A DNA stretch of 64,000 nucleotides from Octopus sinensis. Its lineage: Eukaryota. The stretch spans positions 149,172,001 through 149,236,000 of the forward strand of contig NC_042998.1 of assembly GCF_006345805.1 (NCBI RefSeq), in the 5' to 3' direction. Shown here piece after piece: positions 26,769 to 38,791 of the stretch. The position numbers and the translations under genes are program-made. Position 1 is the stretch's first letter, and every line of letters starts with the position of its first letter. The notes under the pieces are model-generated. The model was not told the origin of the DNA. It ran no database searches and saw nothing but the letters and a program-made list of their open reading frames with translations.

Positions 26769-27516
26769 CACAACAGCAACAACAATAACGGCAACAACAA
26801 CAACTGCAACAGCAAAAACAACACCAAAAACAACAACGGCAAAAACAACAACACCAACAACAACAACAATAGGCAGTTCAGAGAAGCGTGCAGAAAGCCG
26901 TGTTATCTTAACATCGCAATATCGATTTATTGGTGCACGATCAATTGTCTTAGTTTAACATTACCCGCACCCAACATCACCACCATCACCGCCACAGACG
27001 CCGCCGCCGACGCTGCCACCGCCATCACAGACCCCATCGACATCAGCCCACCGCCACTGCCGACACCGCCGACACAGCCGCCACCGACACCACTGCCACC
27101 GCAATCGTCAACAACTAGAACCACCACCACCACCGCCACCCCAACCATCACCACATCCGCCTCCACCATCGCAGCCATGAAAACAATCATTACAAGATCT
27201 ATAACTGCCACTGCCGCTGCCGCTACCGTTAGAGTTATCACCACCACGAACGCCAGCACCAGCACCAACACCACCCAACTAGCACCACTATCAACACTGC
27301 CATCACCACGGCAGACTGCAGACATCAAGACAACTATAACCAGAACCACGACTGCCGCCGTCACCACTAATACCAACAGTCACACCACCGCTGCCATCAC
27401 GGCATTCATTTACCACTACTACAGTCACCACTACCACCACCACCAAACACCAAAACCGGAGCAGGCCATCATCATATCGACCACCTCTACCGCCACCACC
27501 ACTACTACTACTACTA

Positions 27517-27588
<72 letters not shown>

Positions 27589-27640
27589 CGCTACGACTGT
27601 ACGGCAATTAATACCCCTGGCAGCAACATCCGCCACACCA
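26600..27640 (+). repeat. (CAA)n/(TAA)n/(CCA)n/(CTA)n low-complexity block
   Basis: Visible trinucleotide runs. Confidence 0.9.
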
Positions 27641-28026
27641 TACTGGTTTAATCAATAACAACATCTTCGATAGCCTTCCTGTTGGGAGTGGTGTCGTGTA
27701 TTGCGGTGTTGTCATACGACTCCCCAGTGGTGTGTGTAATGTTGCACGGGTGGGGGTAAGTAGAAAATAGGGTGTGACCCAAGTACATCCTTTCTAATAC
27801 ATACATACATGCATACATACATATACATATAGATAGATAGATAGATATAGATATATGCGTAATATATAAGTACATATACATATATATATACATAATATAT
27901 ATTATATATACATACATACATGTATATATATATATATAAATGCATAATATAAATATATATACATATACACATATATATATTACATAATATATAATATATA
28001 TATATATACACACATACATACATACA

Positions 28027-28104
<78 letters not shown>

Positions 28105-28160
28105 ATATATGTATATATTATGTATATTATATATTATATATATTATATATAATATATATC

Positions 28161-28196
<36 letters not shown>

Positions 28197-28259
28197 ATAT
28201 ATAATGGAAATATTAAAATTACTAAGTCTCTCTAAAGGAGATTACGACAGCGTTACTGG

Positions 28260-28737
28260 ATATTAATAGTTATCGCCATACTAATATGGTAGTCTATAAA
28301 TATAAGACTAAAGCTGTCGCTGATTAGCTCCAAGAGGCCATCGCCTCTAGCTAGCTATTTGACACACGAACCTGCCTCCATTACAAACCTTCTAACAGGG
28401 GAGGTCAGCAGCTTCACCTTGCTAGTCAGACATCTGCAGACATGTTTCAGGTAGATGTATTCCACTGTAACTAGGTAAATGAAATCTTCGAACAGACGGT
28501 GAGTAGCGACACCTGCGGGTCTGACTACGCTGCATTGATAAAGGGCAACAACCCTGAAACATGTCTGCATGTGTCTGACTAGCAAGGTGAAGCGGCTGAC
28601 CTCCCCTGTTCGAAGGTTTTGTAAGGACGCAGGTTCGTGTGTCAAATAGCTAGCTAGAGGCGATGGCCTCTTGGAGCTAATCAGCGACAGCTTTAGTCTT
28701 ATATTTATAGACTACCATATTAGTATGGCGATAACTA

Positions 28738-28744
<7 letters not shown>
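28260..28744. mobile_element. Fold-back element with ~190-bp inverted arms (28260-28451 / 28553-28744) and a ~100-bp spacer
   Basis: atattaatagttatcgcc...catgtttcagg is mirrored by cctgaaacatg...ggcgataactattaatat with a few mismatches; the right end abuts (AT)n. Confidence 0.9.
28531..28569 (+). ncRNA. Candidate minimal type I hammerhead ribozyme, U3-A8 core variant
   Basis: tgca-TTGATAA-aggg(caacaa)ccct-GAAAC-at-GTC-tgca; 4-bp stem I, 4-bp stem II, palindromic catg stem III. Confidence 0.5.
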
Positions 28745-28784
<40 letters not shown>

Positions 28785-28819
28785 CATACATATATACATT
28801 CATACATATATATAGATAT

Positions 28820-28851
<32 letters not shown>

Positions 28852-28892
28852 ATATATATGCATATATATTATATATATATATATATAATATA

Positions 28893-28950
<58 letters not shown>

Positions 28951-29039
28951 TATATATTCGCTTGAATTATTTGCTCCGTATGAAATTATTTTTACACTGG
29001 TGGCTGCCATGTTTTGGCGCAAAACGAATCAGTTGCAAT

Positions 29040-29845
29040 CATTAATCAATATCAGGGTAGCAAAAAATTCAAGAGAAATCTTTCGCCACCAGCGGTCCAG
29101 TGAGAAAGAAAAAATAGTCAACAGACTATATAATATACATTCAACAATATTAAGGAATGGCCTTGATAGGGCATTCGACCCACTAGAAAGAGCAGCTAAA
29201 CTCAAACCACTAAATAGTTGTAATTCAGAAACCAAAGGAAAATAAAAACATTTAAGGGTAAATATTTTTATTTTCCTTTGGTTTCTGAATTACAACTATT
29301 TAGCGGTTTGAGTTTAGCTGCTCTTTCTAGTGGGTCGAATGCCCTATCAAGGCCATTCCTTAATATTGTTGAATGTATATTATATAGTCTGTTGACTATT
29401 TTTTCTTTCTCACTGGACCGCTGGTGGCGAAAAATTTCTCATGAATTTTTTGCTACCCTGATATTGATTAATTAATGATTTTTTGGCTAATTCTGAAATT
29501 AAATCAGCAGTTTATATTTGCTGCTGATAAGTTGGCGCGGTGACGGTAGATTTTGAAAATTTAGAATATATATTCTCGAGGCGTCGATACTATCGCCTCG
29601 TGGATATATATTTCCCTGGCTTCTTTGCTGACGAGACAGGCCAGTGGCAAATAGATTTAATTTAATTTAATTAAATCGGTTTGCCAATATGTATGTCGAA
29701 ACCATGCATAGTCCAAAGATGATAAGGGTAAATATTTTTATTTTCCTTTGGTTTCTGAATTACAACTATTTAGCGGTTTGAGTTTAGCTGCTCTTTCTAG
29801 TGGGTCGAATGGCCTGTCAAGGCCATTTTTTAATATTGTTGAATA
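29040..29845. mobile_element. HHR-bearing non-autonomous element: inverted arm (29040-29253) plus ~1.25 direct copies of a ~470-bp monomer (29258-29845)
   Basis: Palindrome axis at aggg (29254-29257); aagggtaaatattttta recurs at 29254 and 29724 (470-bp period); ends in (AT)n. Confidence 0.85.
29622..29719 (+). ncRNA. Type I hammerhead ribozyme, canonical core
   Basis: tctttg-CTGACGA-gaca...tgtc-GAAAC-catgcata-GTC-caaaga; stem II carries a long hairpin insert (tggcaaa...gatttaatt...aattaaatc...tttgcca); predicted cleavage after 29713. Confidence 0.85.
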
Positions 29846-29847
29846 TA

Positions 29848-29889
<42 letters not shown>

Positions 29890-29920
29890 ATATATTATAA
29901 TATATATATGCATAATATAT

Positions 29921-30660
29921 TTCAATACGGAGCAAATACTCCAGGAGAAAATATTTCCGAAGATATTATTGACTCTATCATTCTATCATTATCTAGTGTA
30001 ACAATTAAAAATGAGAATAACAGAATCAATAATATAGGCGATTGCAGACCCAAAAAGCATTAGATAGCCGAAGGATTAAAATTAATCAGACATACTAATG
30101 TGTCTTGCTGCTGGAAATAACAGCCAAAACTCTTATTTATATCACCGGGGGAAAAATGATGTTAACTACAGAAACGTGCTAAGACAATCAGCATACATTC
30201 AAGTATTTTCAATCACGTGGACCGGTTTCTGGACTGGTATTATAGCCTAACATGCTATTAAGTTAGACATGGCCTGGACCAATCTTTGGTCGAAACATAT
30301 CTAAGTTTATCTAAGTTTATCTAACACTCCTCAGCACGCGTTACCACGATGGAAAGCCACGACCTATCACGTTGAAGTCTGCGCTACAACTGATTCGTTT
30401 TGCGCCAAAACATGGCAGCCACCAGTGTAAAAATAATTTCAATACGGAGCAAATAATTCAAGCGAAAATATTTGCGAAGATATTATTGAATCTATTATTA
30501 TCTAGTATAACAATGAAAAATGATAATAACAGAAACAAAAATATAGGCGATTGCAGGCCCAAAAAGCAATAAATAGCTGAAGGATTAAAATTAACCACAG
30601 GACATACAAGGTATGTCTACTTGCTGGAAATAACAGTAAAAATTATTATTTAAATCGCTG
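29921..30660 (+). repeat. Two diverged direct copies of a ~517-bp-period repeat; inverted partial copy at 28958-29035
   Basis: ttcaatacggagcaaata occurs at 29921 and 30438, followed by the shared aatataggcgattgcaRRcccaaaaagca. Confidence 0.75.
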
Positions 30661-31069
30661 AAAAAACTTTTTCGGTGATTTAAATCGCATACACGCACAC
30701 ACAGTCTAGCTGTGTGCCTCGTCGTTGCCGGTCAATTTTCGCTATTGGCTTTATTGGCTTTATTTCAATTTTTGTCTTTTTGTTCTATATTAGATCATGC
30801 CTTTTACAACGAATAGGCCATCTGGTCAGGACAGACTTGGACATTATCTGTGGCAATTTATGATATATCGATAAACTAAGTTTTTTTCATTTGGTGCATA
30901 GATGTAAAGATTTTTCTTAGCTTACTGCCGATGCTTTCTGAAGGTCTTACGATTCTGTCGCTCTAACGAAATTTCTTACACACAGTCATACCCCACACAC
31001 ACACATATTCATGCACGCATACACGCTCAGCGTTGCGATATGCATTTACAAAAAGTGAGAGAGAGTATG

Positions 31070-31137
<68 letters not shown>

Positions 31138-31644
31138 GAGAGAGAGGGAGGGGGATTTACAATGAGAAAAGCATAAATAAAAAAGATACAAAGACAGAGA
31201 TAGAGAGGGAGAGTGAAAGAGAGAGAGAGAAATCTTTTCTATTACTGCCACAAATTTTGAAATTTTAAAATTAAGCGAATATTTTCAGATTCGTTACTTT
31301 AATGTACTTTTTCACGCTGAATCCAATAATAAGATTCTTCTAATTTAGGAAAAAAATTATCAAAATATTAGAGGTTTAAAATTTGAAAATTTTTACCCAC
31401 TCAGAAAACAGGATTTTCCGCGCGATAGCTATCTATCATAAAATGAAAGAAAACATAACACCAACGAAGTTTCACACAAGATGAAAGCAATTACATGTCA
31501 TATCAAGAGAGAGAGAGAGAGAGGGGGGAGAAAGAGAGATGGAAAGGGGGAGAGAGCAGGTGGAGTACTATGCGAAAGAAATATACATATACAGGCAAAT
31601 CATGATAAAGATTGTGGTAAATATGTATAGAGAGAGGGGAAGGC

Positions 31645-31688
<44 letters not shown>

Positions 31689-31790
31689 CCTGATGGAGAC
31701 AGATGGTGATTGGGAGATTTGCTGATACATACATACATAAATACATACATACACTCTCATTTATATAGTTGATATATATATATATATATG

Positions 31791-31828
<38 letters not shown>

Positions 31829-31972
31829 TATATATATATTATATATATATATCAACAATCAAGGAACGGCCATAATAGGCCATTCACCCACTAGAAATAA
31901 CAGCCAAAGCTTCAACCGCAAATAAAAGTCAATTCCGTAAACAGAGAAAATTTAAAAAACATTTACCCTGTA

Positions 31973-32079
31973 ATTTCTTATACGATGCACCGTTTCGTCT
32001 GCTGTTTAATGGTAAACTAACCTGATTAAATTAAATCAAGCCAATCTTCCATAGGCCCTCAGATTCTTCAGTAAGAAAT
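31973..32079 (-). ncRNA. Type I hammerhead ribozyme (inverted arm of array)
   Basis: Reverse complement of the array HHR: atttcttatacgatgcaccgtttcgtctg...cagattcttcagtaagaaat. Confidence 0.75.
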
Positions 32080-32781
32080 AGCCACAAGTCGGAACAGATA
32101 TTTTCACGAGGCATTTCCGACCCTGCCAAGTTAATATCTGACCTAAAATTTTCAAATCATCGCACTCGCGCCAAATATTATCGGCAGCAAATAAATATAA
32201 GCCGTCGATTCCATTACGGAATTAACCAGAAAATTCATAATTAATCAATATAGGGTGGCAAAAAAATTTTGTAGAATTTTTTTGCCACCAGCGGCCTAGT
32301 GGGAAAAAATTAAATAGTCATAGACCATTTTTAAGTTCAACATCAACAATCAAGGAACGGCCATAATAGGCCATTCACCACTAGAAATAACAGCCAAAGT
32401 TCAACCGCAAATAAAAGTCAATTCCGTAAACAGGAGAAAATTTAAAAAACATTTACCCTGTAATTTCTTATACGATGCACCGTTTCGTCTGCTGTTTAAT
32501 GGTAAACTAACCTGATTAAATTTTGAACTTAAAAATGGTCTATGACTATTTAATTTTTTCCCACTAGGCCGCTGGTGGCAAAAAAATTCTACAAAATTTT
32601 TTTGCCACCCTATATTGATTAATTATGAATTTTCTGGTTAATTCCGTAATGGAATCGACGGCTTATATTTATTTGCTGCCGATAAATTTGGCGCGAGTGC
32701 GATGATTTGAAAATTTTAGGTCAGATATTAACTTGGCAGGGTCGGAAATGCCTCGTGAAAATATCTGTTCCGTATGTGGCT

Positions 32782-32888
32782 ATTTCTTACTGAAGAATCT
32801 GAGGGCCTATGGAAGATTGGCTTGATTTAATTTAATCAGGTTAGTTTACCATTAAACAGCAGACGAAACGGTGCATCGTATAAGAAAT
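32782..32888 (+). ncRNA. Type I hammerhead ribozyme, first + unit; repeated with GTA triplets at 32878, 33367, 33851, 34338, 34824, 35313, 35801 and 36291
   Basis: atttctta-CTGAAGA-atctg...cagac-GAAAC-ggtgcatc-GTA-taagaaat; 8-bp stem I, extended stem II with internal hairpin, 3-bp stem III; position 10.1-11.1 is an A.C mismatch. Confidence 0.75.
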
Positions 32889-35800
32889 TACAGGGTAAAT
32901 GTTTTTTAAATTTTCTCCTGTTTACGGAATTGACTTTTATTTGCGGTTGAAGCTTTGGCTGTTATTTCTAGTGGGTGAATGGCCTATTATGGCCGTTCCT
33001 TGATGTTGATGTTGAACTTAAAAATGGTCTATGACTATTTATTTTTTCCCACTAGGCCGCTGGTGGCAAAAAAATTCTACAAAATTTTTTTGCCACCCTA
33101 TATTGATTAATTATGAATTTTCTGGTTAATTCCGTAATGGAATCGACGGCTTATATTTATTTGCTGCCGATAAATTTGGCGCGAGTGCGATGATTTGAAA
33201 ATTTTAGGTCAGATATTAACTTGGCAGGGTCGGAAATGCCTCGTGAAAATATCTGTTCCGACTTGTGGCTATTTCTTACTGAAGAATCTGAGGGCCTATG
33301 GAAGATTGGCTTGATTTAATTTAATCAGGTTAGTTTACCATTAAACAGCAGACGAAACGGTGCATCGTATAAGAAATTACAGGTTAAATGTTTTTAAAAT
33401 TTCTCCTGTTTACGGAATGACTTTTATTGCGGTTGAAGCTTTGGCTGTTATTTCTAGTGGGTGAATGGCCTATTATGGCCGTTCCTTGATTGTGATGTTG
33501 AACTTAAAAATGGTCTATGACTATTTAATTTTTTCCCACTAGGCCGCTGGTGGCAAAAAAATTCTACAAAATTTTTTTGCCACCCTATATTGATTAATTA
33601 TGAATTTTCTGGTTAATTCCGTAATGGAATCGACGGCTTATATTTATTTGCTGCCGATAAATTTGGCGCGAGTGCGATGATTTGAAAATTTTAGGTCAGA
33701 TATTAACTTGGCAGGGTCGGAAATGCCTCGTGAAAATATCTGTTCCGACTTGGGCTATTTCTTACTGAAGAATCTGAGGGCCTATGGAAGATTGGCTTGA
33801 TTTAATTAATCAGGTTAGTTACCATTAAACAGCAGACGAAACGGTGCATCGTATAAGAAATTACAGGGTAAATGTTTTTTAAATTTTCTCTGTTTACGGA
33901 ATTGACTTTTATTGCGGTTGAAGCTTTGGCTGTTATTTCTAGTGGGTGAATGGCCTATTATGGCCGTTCCTTGATTGTTGATGTTGAACTAAAAATGGTC
34001 TATGACTATTTAATTTTTTCCCACTAGGCCGCTGGTGGCAAAAAAATTCTACAAAATTTTTTTGCCACCCTATATTGATTAATTATGAATTTTCTGGTAA
34101 TTCCGTAATGGAATCGACGGCTTATATTTATTTGCTGCCGATAAATTTGGCGCGAGTGCGATGATTTGAAAATTTTAGGTCAGATATTAACTTGGCAGGG
34201 TCGGAAATGCCTCGTGAAAATATCTGTTCCGACTTGTGGCTATTTCTTACTGAAGAATCTGAGGGCCTATGGAAGATTGGCTTGATTTAATTTAATCAGG
34301 TTAGTTTACCATTAAACAGCAGACGAAACGGTGCATCGTATAAGAAATTACAGGGTAAATGTTTTTTAAATTTTCTCCTGTTTACGGATTGACTTTTATT
34401 TGCGGTTGAAGCTTTGGCTGTTATTTCTAGTGGGTGAATGGCCTATTATGGCCGTTCCTTGATTGTTGATGTTGAACTTAAAAATGGTCTATGACTATTT
34501 AATTTTTTCCCACTAGGCCGCTGGTGGCAAAAAAATTCTACAAAATTTTTTTGCCACCCTATATTGATTAATTATGAATTTTCTGGTTAATTCCGTAATG
34601 GAATCGACGGCTTATATTTATTTGCTGCCGATAAATTTGGCGCGAGTGCGATGATTTGAAAATTTTAGGTCAGATATTAACTTGCAGGGTCGGAAATGCC
34701 TCGTGAAAATATCTGTTCCGACTTGTGGCTATTCTTACTGAAGAATCTGAGGGCCTATGGAAGATTGCTTGATTTAATTTAATCAGGTTAGTTACCATTA
34801 AACAGCAGACGAAACGGTGCATCGTATAAGAAATTACAGGGTAAATGTTTTTTAATTTTCTCCTGTTTACGGAATTGACTTTTATTTGCGGTTGAAGCTT
34901 TGGCTGTTATTTCTAGTGGTGAATGGCCTATTATGGCCGTTCCTTGATTGTTGATGTTGAACTTAAAAATGGTCTATGACTATTTAATTTTTTCCCACTA
35001 GGCCGCTGGTGGCAAAAAAATTCTACAAAATTTTTTTGCCACCCTATATTGATTAATTATGAATTTTCTGGTTAATTCCGTAATGGAATCGACGGCTTAT
35101 ATTTATTTGCTGCCGATAAATTTGGCGCGAGTGCGATGATTTGAAAATTTTAGGTCAGATATTAACTTGGCAGGGTCGGAAATGCCTCGTGAAAATATCT
35201 GTTCCGACTTGTGGCTATTTCTTACTGAAGAATCTGAGGGCCTATGGAAGATTGGCTTGATTTAATTTAATCAGGTTAGTTTACCATTAAACAGCAGACG
35301 AAACGGTGCATCGTATAAGAAATTACAGGGTAAATGTTTTTTAAATTTTCTCCTGTTTACGGAATTGACTTTTATTTGCGTTGAAGCTTTGGCTGTTATT
35401 TCTAGGGGTGAATGGCCTATTATGGCCGTTCCTTGATGTTGATGTTGAACTTAAAAATGGTCTATGACTATTTAATTTTTTCCCACTAGGCCGCTGGTGG
35501 CAAAAAAATTCTACAAAATTTTTTTGCCACCCTATATTGATTAATTATGAATTTTCTGGTTAATTCCGTAATGGAATCGACGGCTTATATTTATTTGCTG
35601 CCGATAAATTTGGCGCGAGTGCGATGATTTGAAAATTTTAGGTCAGATATTAACTTGGCAGGGTCGGAAATGCCTCGTGAAAATATCTGTTCCGACTTGT
35701 GGCTATTTCTTACTGAAGAATCTGAGGGCCTATGGAAGATTGGCTTGATTTAATTTAATCAGGTTAGTTTACCATTAAACAGCAGACGAAACGGTGCATC

Positions 35801-37112
35801 GTATAAGAAATTACAGGGTAAATGTTTTTTAATTTTCTCCTGTTTACGGAATTGACTTTTATTTGCGGTTGAAGCTTTGGCTGTTATTTCTAGTGGGTGA
35901 ATGGCCTATTATGGCCGTTCCTTGATTGTTGATGTTGAACTTAAAAATGGTCTATGACTATTTAATTTTTTCCCACTAGGCCGCTGGTGGCAAAAAAATT
36001 CTACAAAATTTTTTTGCCACCCTATATTGATTAATTATGAATTTTCTGGTTAATTCCGTAATGGAATCGACGGCTTATATTTATTTGCTGCCGATAAATT
36101 TGGCGCGAGTGCGATGATTTGAAAATTTTAGGTCAGATATTAACTTGGCAGGGTCGGAAATGCCTCGTGAAAATATCTGTTCCGACTTGTGGCTATTTCT
36201 TACTGAAGAATCTGAGGGCCTATGGAAGATTGGCTTGATTTAATTTAATCAGGTTAGTTTACCATTAAACAGCAGACGAAACGGTGCATCGTATAAGAAA
36301 TTACAGGGTAAATGTTTTTTAAATTTTCTCCTGTTTACGGAATTGACTTTTATTTGCGGTTGAAGCTTTGGCTGTTATTTCTAGTGGGTGAATGGCCTAT
36401 TATGGCCGTTCCTTGATTGTTGATGTTGAACTTAAAAATGGTCTATGACTATTTAATTTTTTCCCACTAGGCCGCTGGTGGCAAAAAAATTCTACAAAAT
36501 TTTTTTGGCACCCTATATTGATTAAATATATATATATATATATATATTTCTATGTCTGTGAATGTATATATGCATTTATGTGTGTGTGTGTGTGTATGTA
36601 TGTACGTGTTTGTGTGTATGACTGTATCTGTATGTTTACATATATATATATACATATCGTTTAATGCACAACAGAACAGGGCGCCATTACATAATGCCCC
36701 AAATCCTCCCTCCCGGCCCTCAAAATACAGGACTAGATATTGCGATGACTTGGGAGTCCATATTTTCCTGAAAGAGCTGTGAAATCTACATAGTTTGTAA
36801 ATGTCTTCAAAACTGAACTGGGACTTTGGAGAAATGTTTTCTTTTTTCGAAGAGTGAAAAGAGCATACATGCTATTCCATATAATTTACACACACACACA
36901 TATATATGGGGTGGTCGCTAAAAAAGCGGAAAATTTGAAGGCAAAACTAACAAGCATTAATTTGACCATCAATAAATAATATGTGGTTTCTGATTCGTTC
37001 TTTCTGTTTGCGAGAGTTAATATGATATCACGCTTTGTGACGCTATTCTTTTTTTTTTTTTGTTTCACCTCAAATAGATCTTGTGAAAATACAAAAAGGC
37101 ACTTCACCTTGT

Positions 37113-37660
37113 ATATATAAGGAAAAGAAAACAAGGTAGAAAATGCTAAAATAATTTTATAATGAAGAACATTTTAGTACCGGTTTCAGACTTTGCGACT
37201 TTTTCAATTTAGCGTAATGCATGAAAAACAATTATATTGTGGAAAAAATTTAATGAAATTCTTTTTAGAAGAAGAAGAAGAAGAAGAAGAGAGAGAATCT
37301 CTTCTTTTTCCACTCTCTCTTCTTCTTTTTCTTCTTCGCCTCCTTCCTCGGTTACTACTGCTGCTTAAACAAACTCATATCAAATATTCTTTTAGGACTG
37401 CTACTACCTACGACCTGCTACCAAGCCTTCACAAGAGTAAAAAAGAGAGACAGATTGACAGAAAAAAGGAAAATTTTCATTGCATTTGAAAATTATGGAA
37501 ATATTTAAAAAACATTTAATTTAATTTTTCCACATTTTAATTGTTTTTCATACTTTACTCTAAGTTGAAAAAATCGCGAAGACTGAAACCGGTACTAAAA
37601 TGTTCTTCATGATAAAATTATTTTAGCATTTTCTACCTTGTCCTATTTTCCTTATGCATA
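37113..37660. mobile_element. Fold-back element with ~150-bp imperfect inverted arms, each carrying a degenerate U3-A8 HHR motif; same family as 54078-54703
   Basis: gtaccggtttcagactttgcgactttttcaa (37178-37206) mirrors ttgaaaaaatcgcgaagactgaaaccggtac (37565-37595). Confidence 0.7.
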
Positions 37661-37795
37661 TCAACTCATGTGTTCCTTTTCAACCTTTTATACACACACA
37701 CACACACACACAAACATTCTTCCCGAGTGTCAAACTAATTCACCTGCTTGTTGTTCACTCACCTGCCTTCATCTTTTGATTTCTGTAAATTTGAA

Positions 37796-37856
<61 letters not shown>

Positions 37857-38791
37857 CATATATACATATATATATATATACGTATATATATTGTGTTTCT
37901 GTACCTCATTAGAGCTCATCTTGCTCCCATGCTTAAGGCACAATTTTCAAAATGTAAAATAAAAGTGGTCGACACTTTTGCGCATGCAAAGATATCCGCA
38001 TTTAAAAGGTTACAGACAATAAGAGCTCAAAATTGTAATCTTAATGAAAAGAAGAAAAAAGCAAAGCAGGAATGGTCAAAGCTGGAACGCTCTCTCAGTA
38101 AGCAGTCAATGTATTACTTAGCAACAAGACTCACGCTCGTAGCAGATATGTTTTCAAATGTTATTTAGAATATTATTAAATACCACCAACATAATCGTAC
38201 AAGGAATTTCACCCTTAATTCCCAGGCCTTTGCTTCCCCTTTTTTTGTTTAATCACCTATACTTTTGCATATCCACAAAATAATCTCCGAAGTTAATTAA
38301 CAATTTGAAATTTTTGTGAGACAATGCCTAAAAGTCGGCATATCTTTCATTCAGATAAATGTAATTTTACGTTTGAAATATTTTCCTTTCTCAGCTGAAA
38401 AAACCTTTTAGTGTCTATAGTAACATACTACAATGCATTACAGGAAAAGATATTATATAGAGATAAATATAGTCTATGAATACCGTTACAGGAGTTCTGA
38501 AAAATCGCAAACATTTTGATTTCAGCCCTTCGATTCCTTTCCAGTTCACGTATATATATATATATATATATATATTATATTATGTGAAATAGAAAGATGA
38601 ATAATCTTGTAGTAGATTAATCAAAAGTTTAACCGATACCTTAGTAGCAAAAATCACAGCAGTAAACAGCACGGTTGGAGGTACAGCCATCTGGCGTTGC
38701 AACCGTGCGTTGGTGCGGATAATTGAAATTAAAACATTATTGGTGAATTGAAGAAATGGAGCTGAACGCAGATTGAACAGAAATCGTTTTA

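Larger units (their letters stand above)
31851..36525. repeat. Tandem array of ~490-bp HHR-containing units: ~1.4 units on - (31851-32522) joined to ~8.2 units on + (32523-36525); retrozyme-like
   Basis: Marker ttgaacttaaaaatgg (one homopolymer variant) at ~32523, 33011, 33497, 33983, 34471, 34956, 35444, 35934, 36425 (spacing 485-491); both ends run into (AT)n. Confidence 0.95.

Noticed and set aside
30270-30320. gacc..ggtc-gaaac half-HHR
   Set aside because: The CUGANGA box is absent (only cctg), and stem I could not be formed.
31851-36525. The array as a CRISPR locus, rDNA/snRNA cluster or ordinary satellite
   Set aside because: There are no unique spacers (units are near-identical throughout) and no rRNA/snRNA sequence was recognised. 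The HHR fold in every unit, with compensated helices in a diverged relative, fits a ribozyme retro-element better, although plain satellite expansion of one unit is not excluded.
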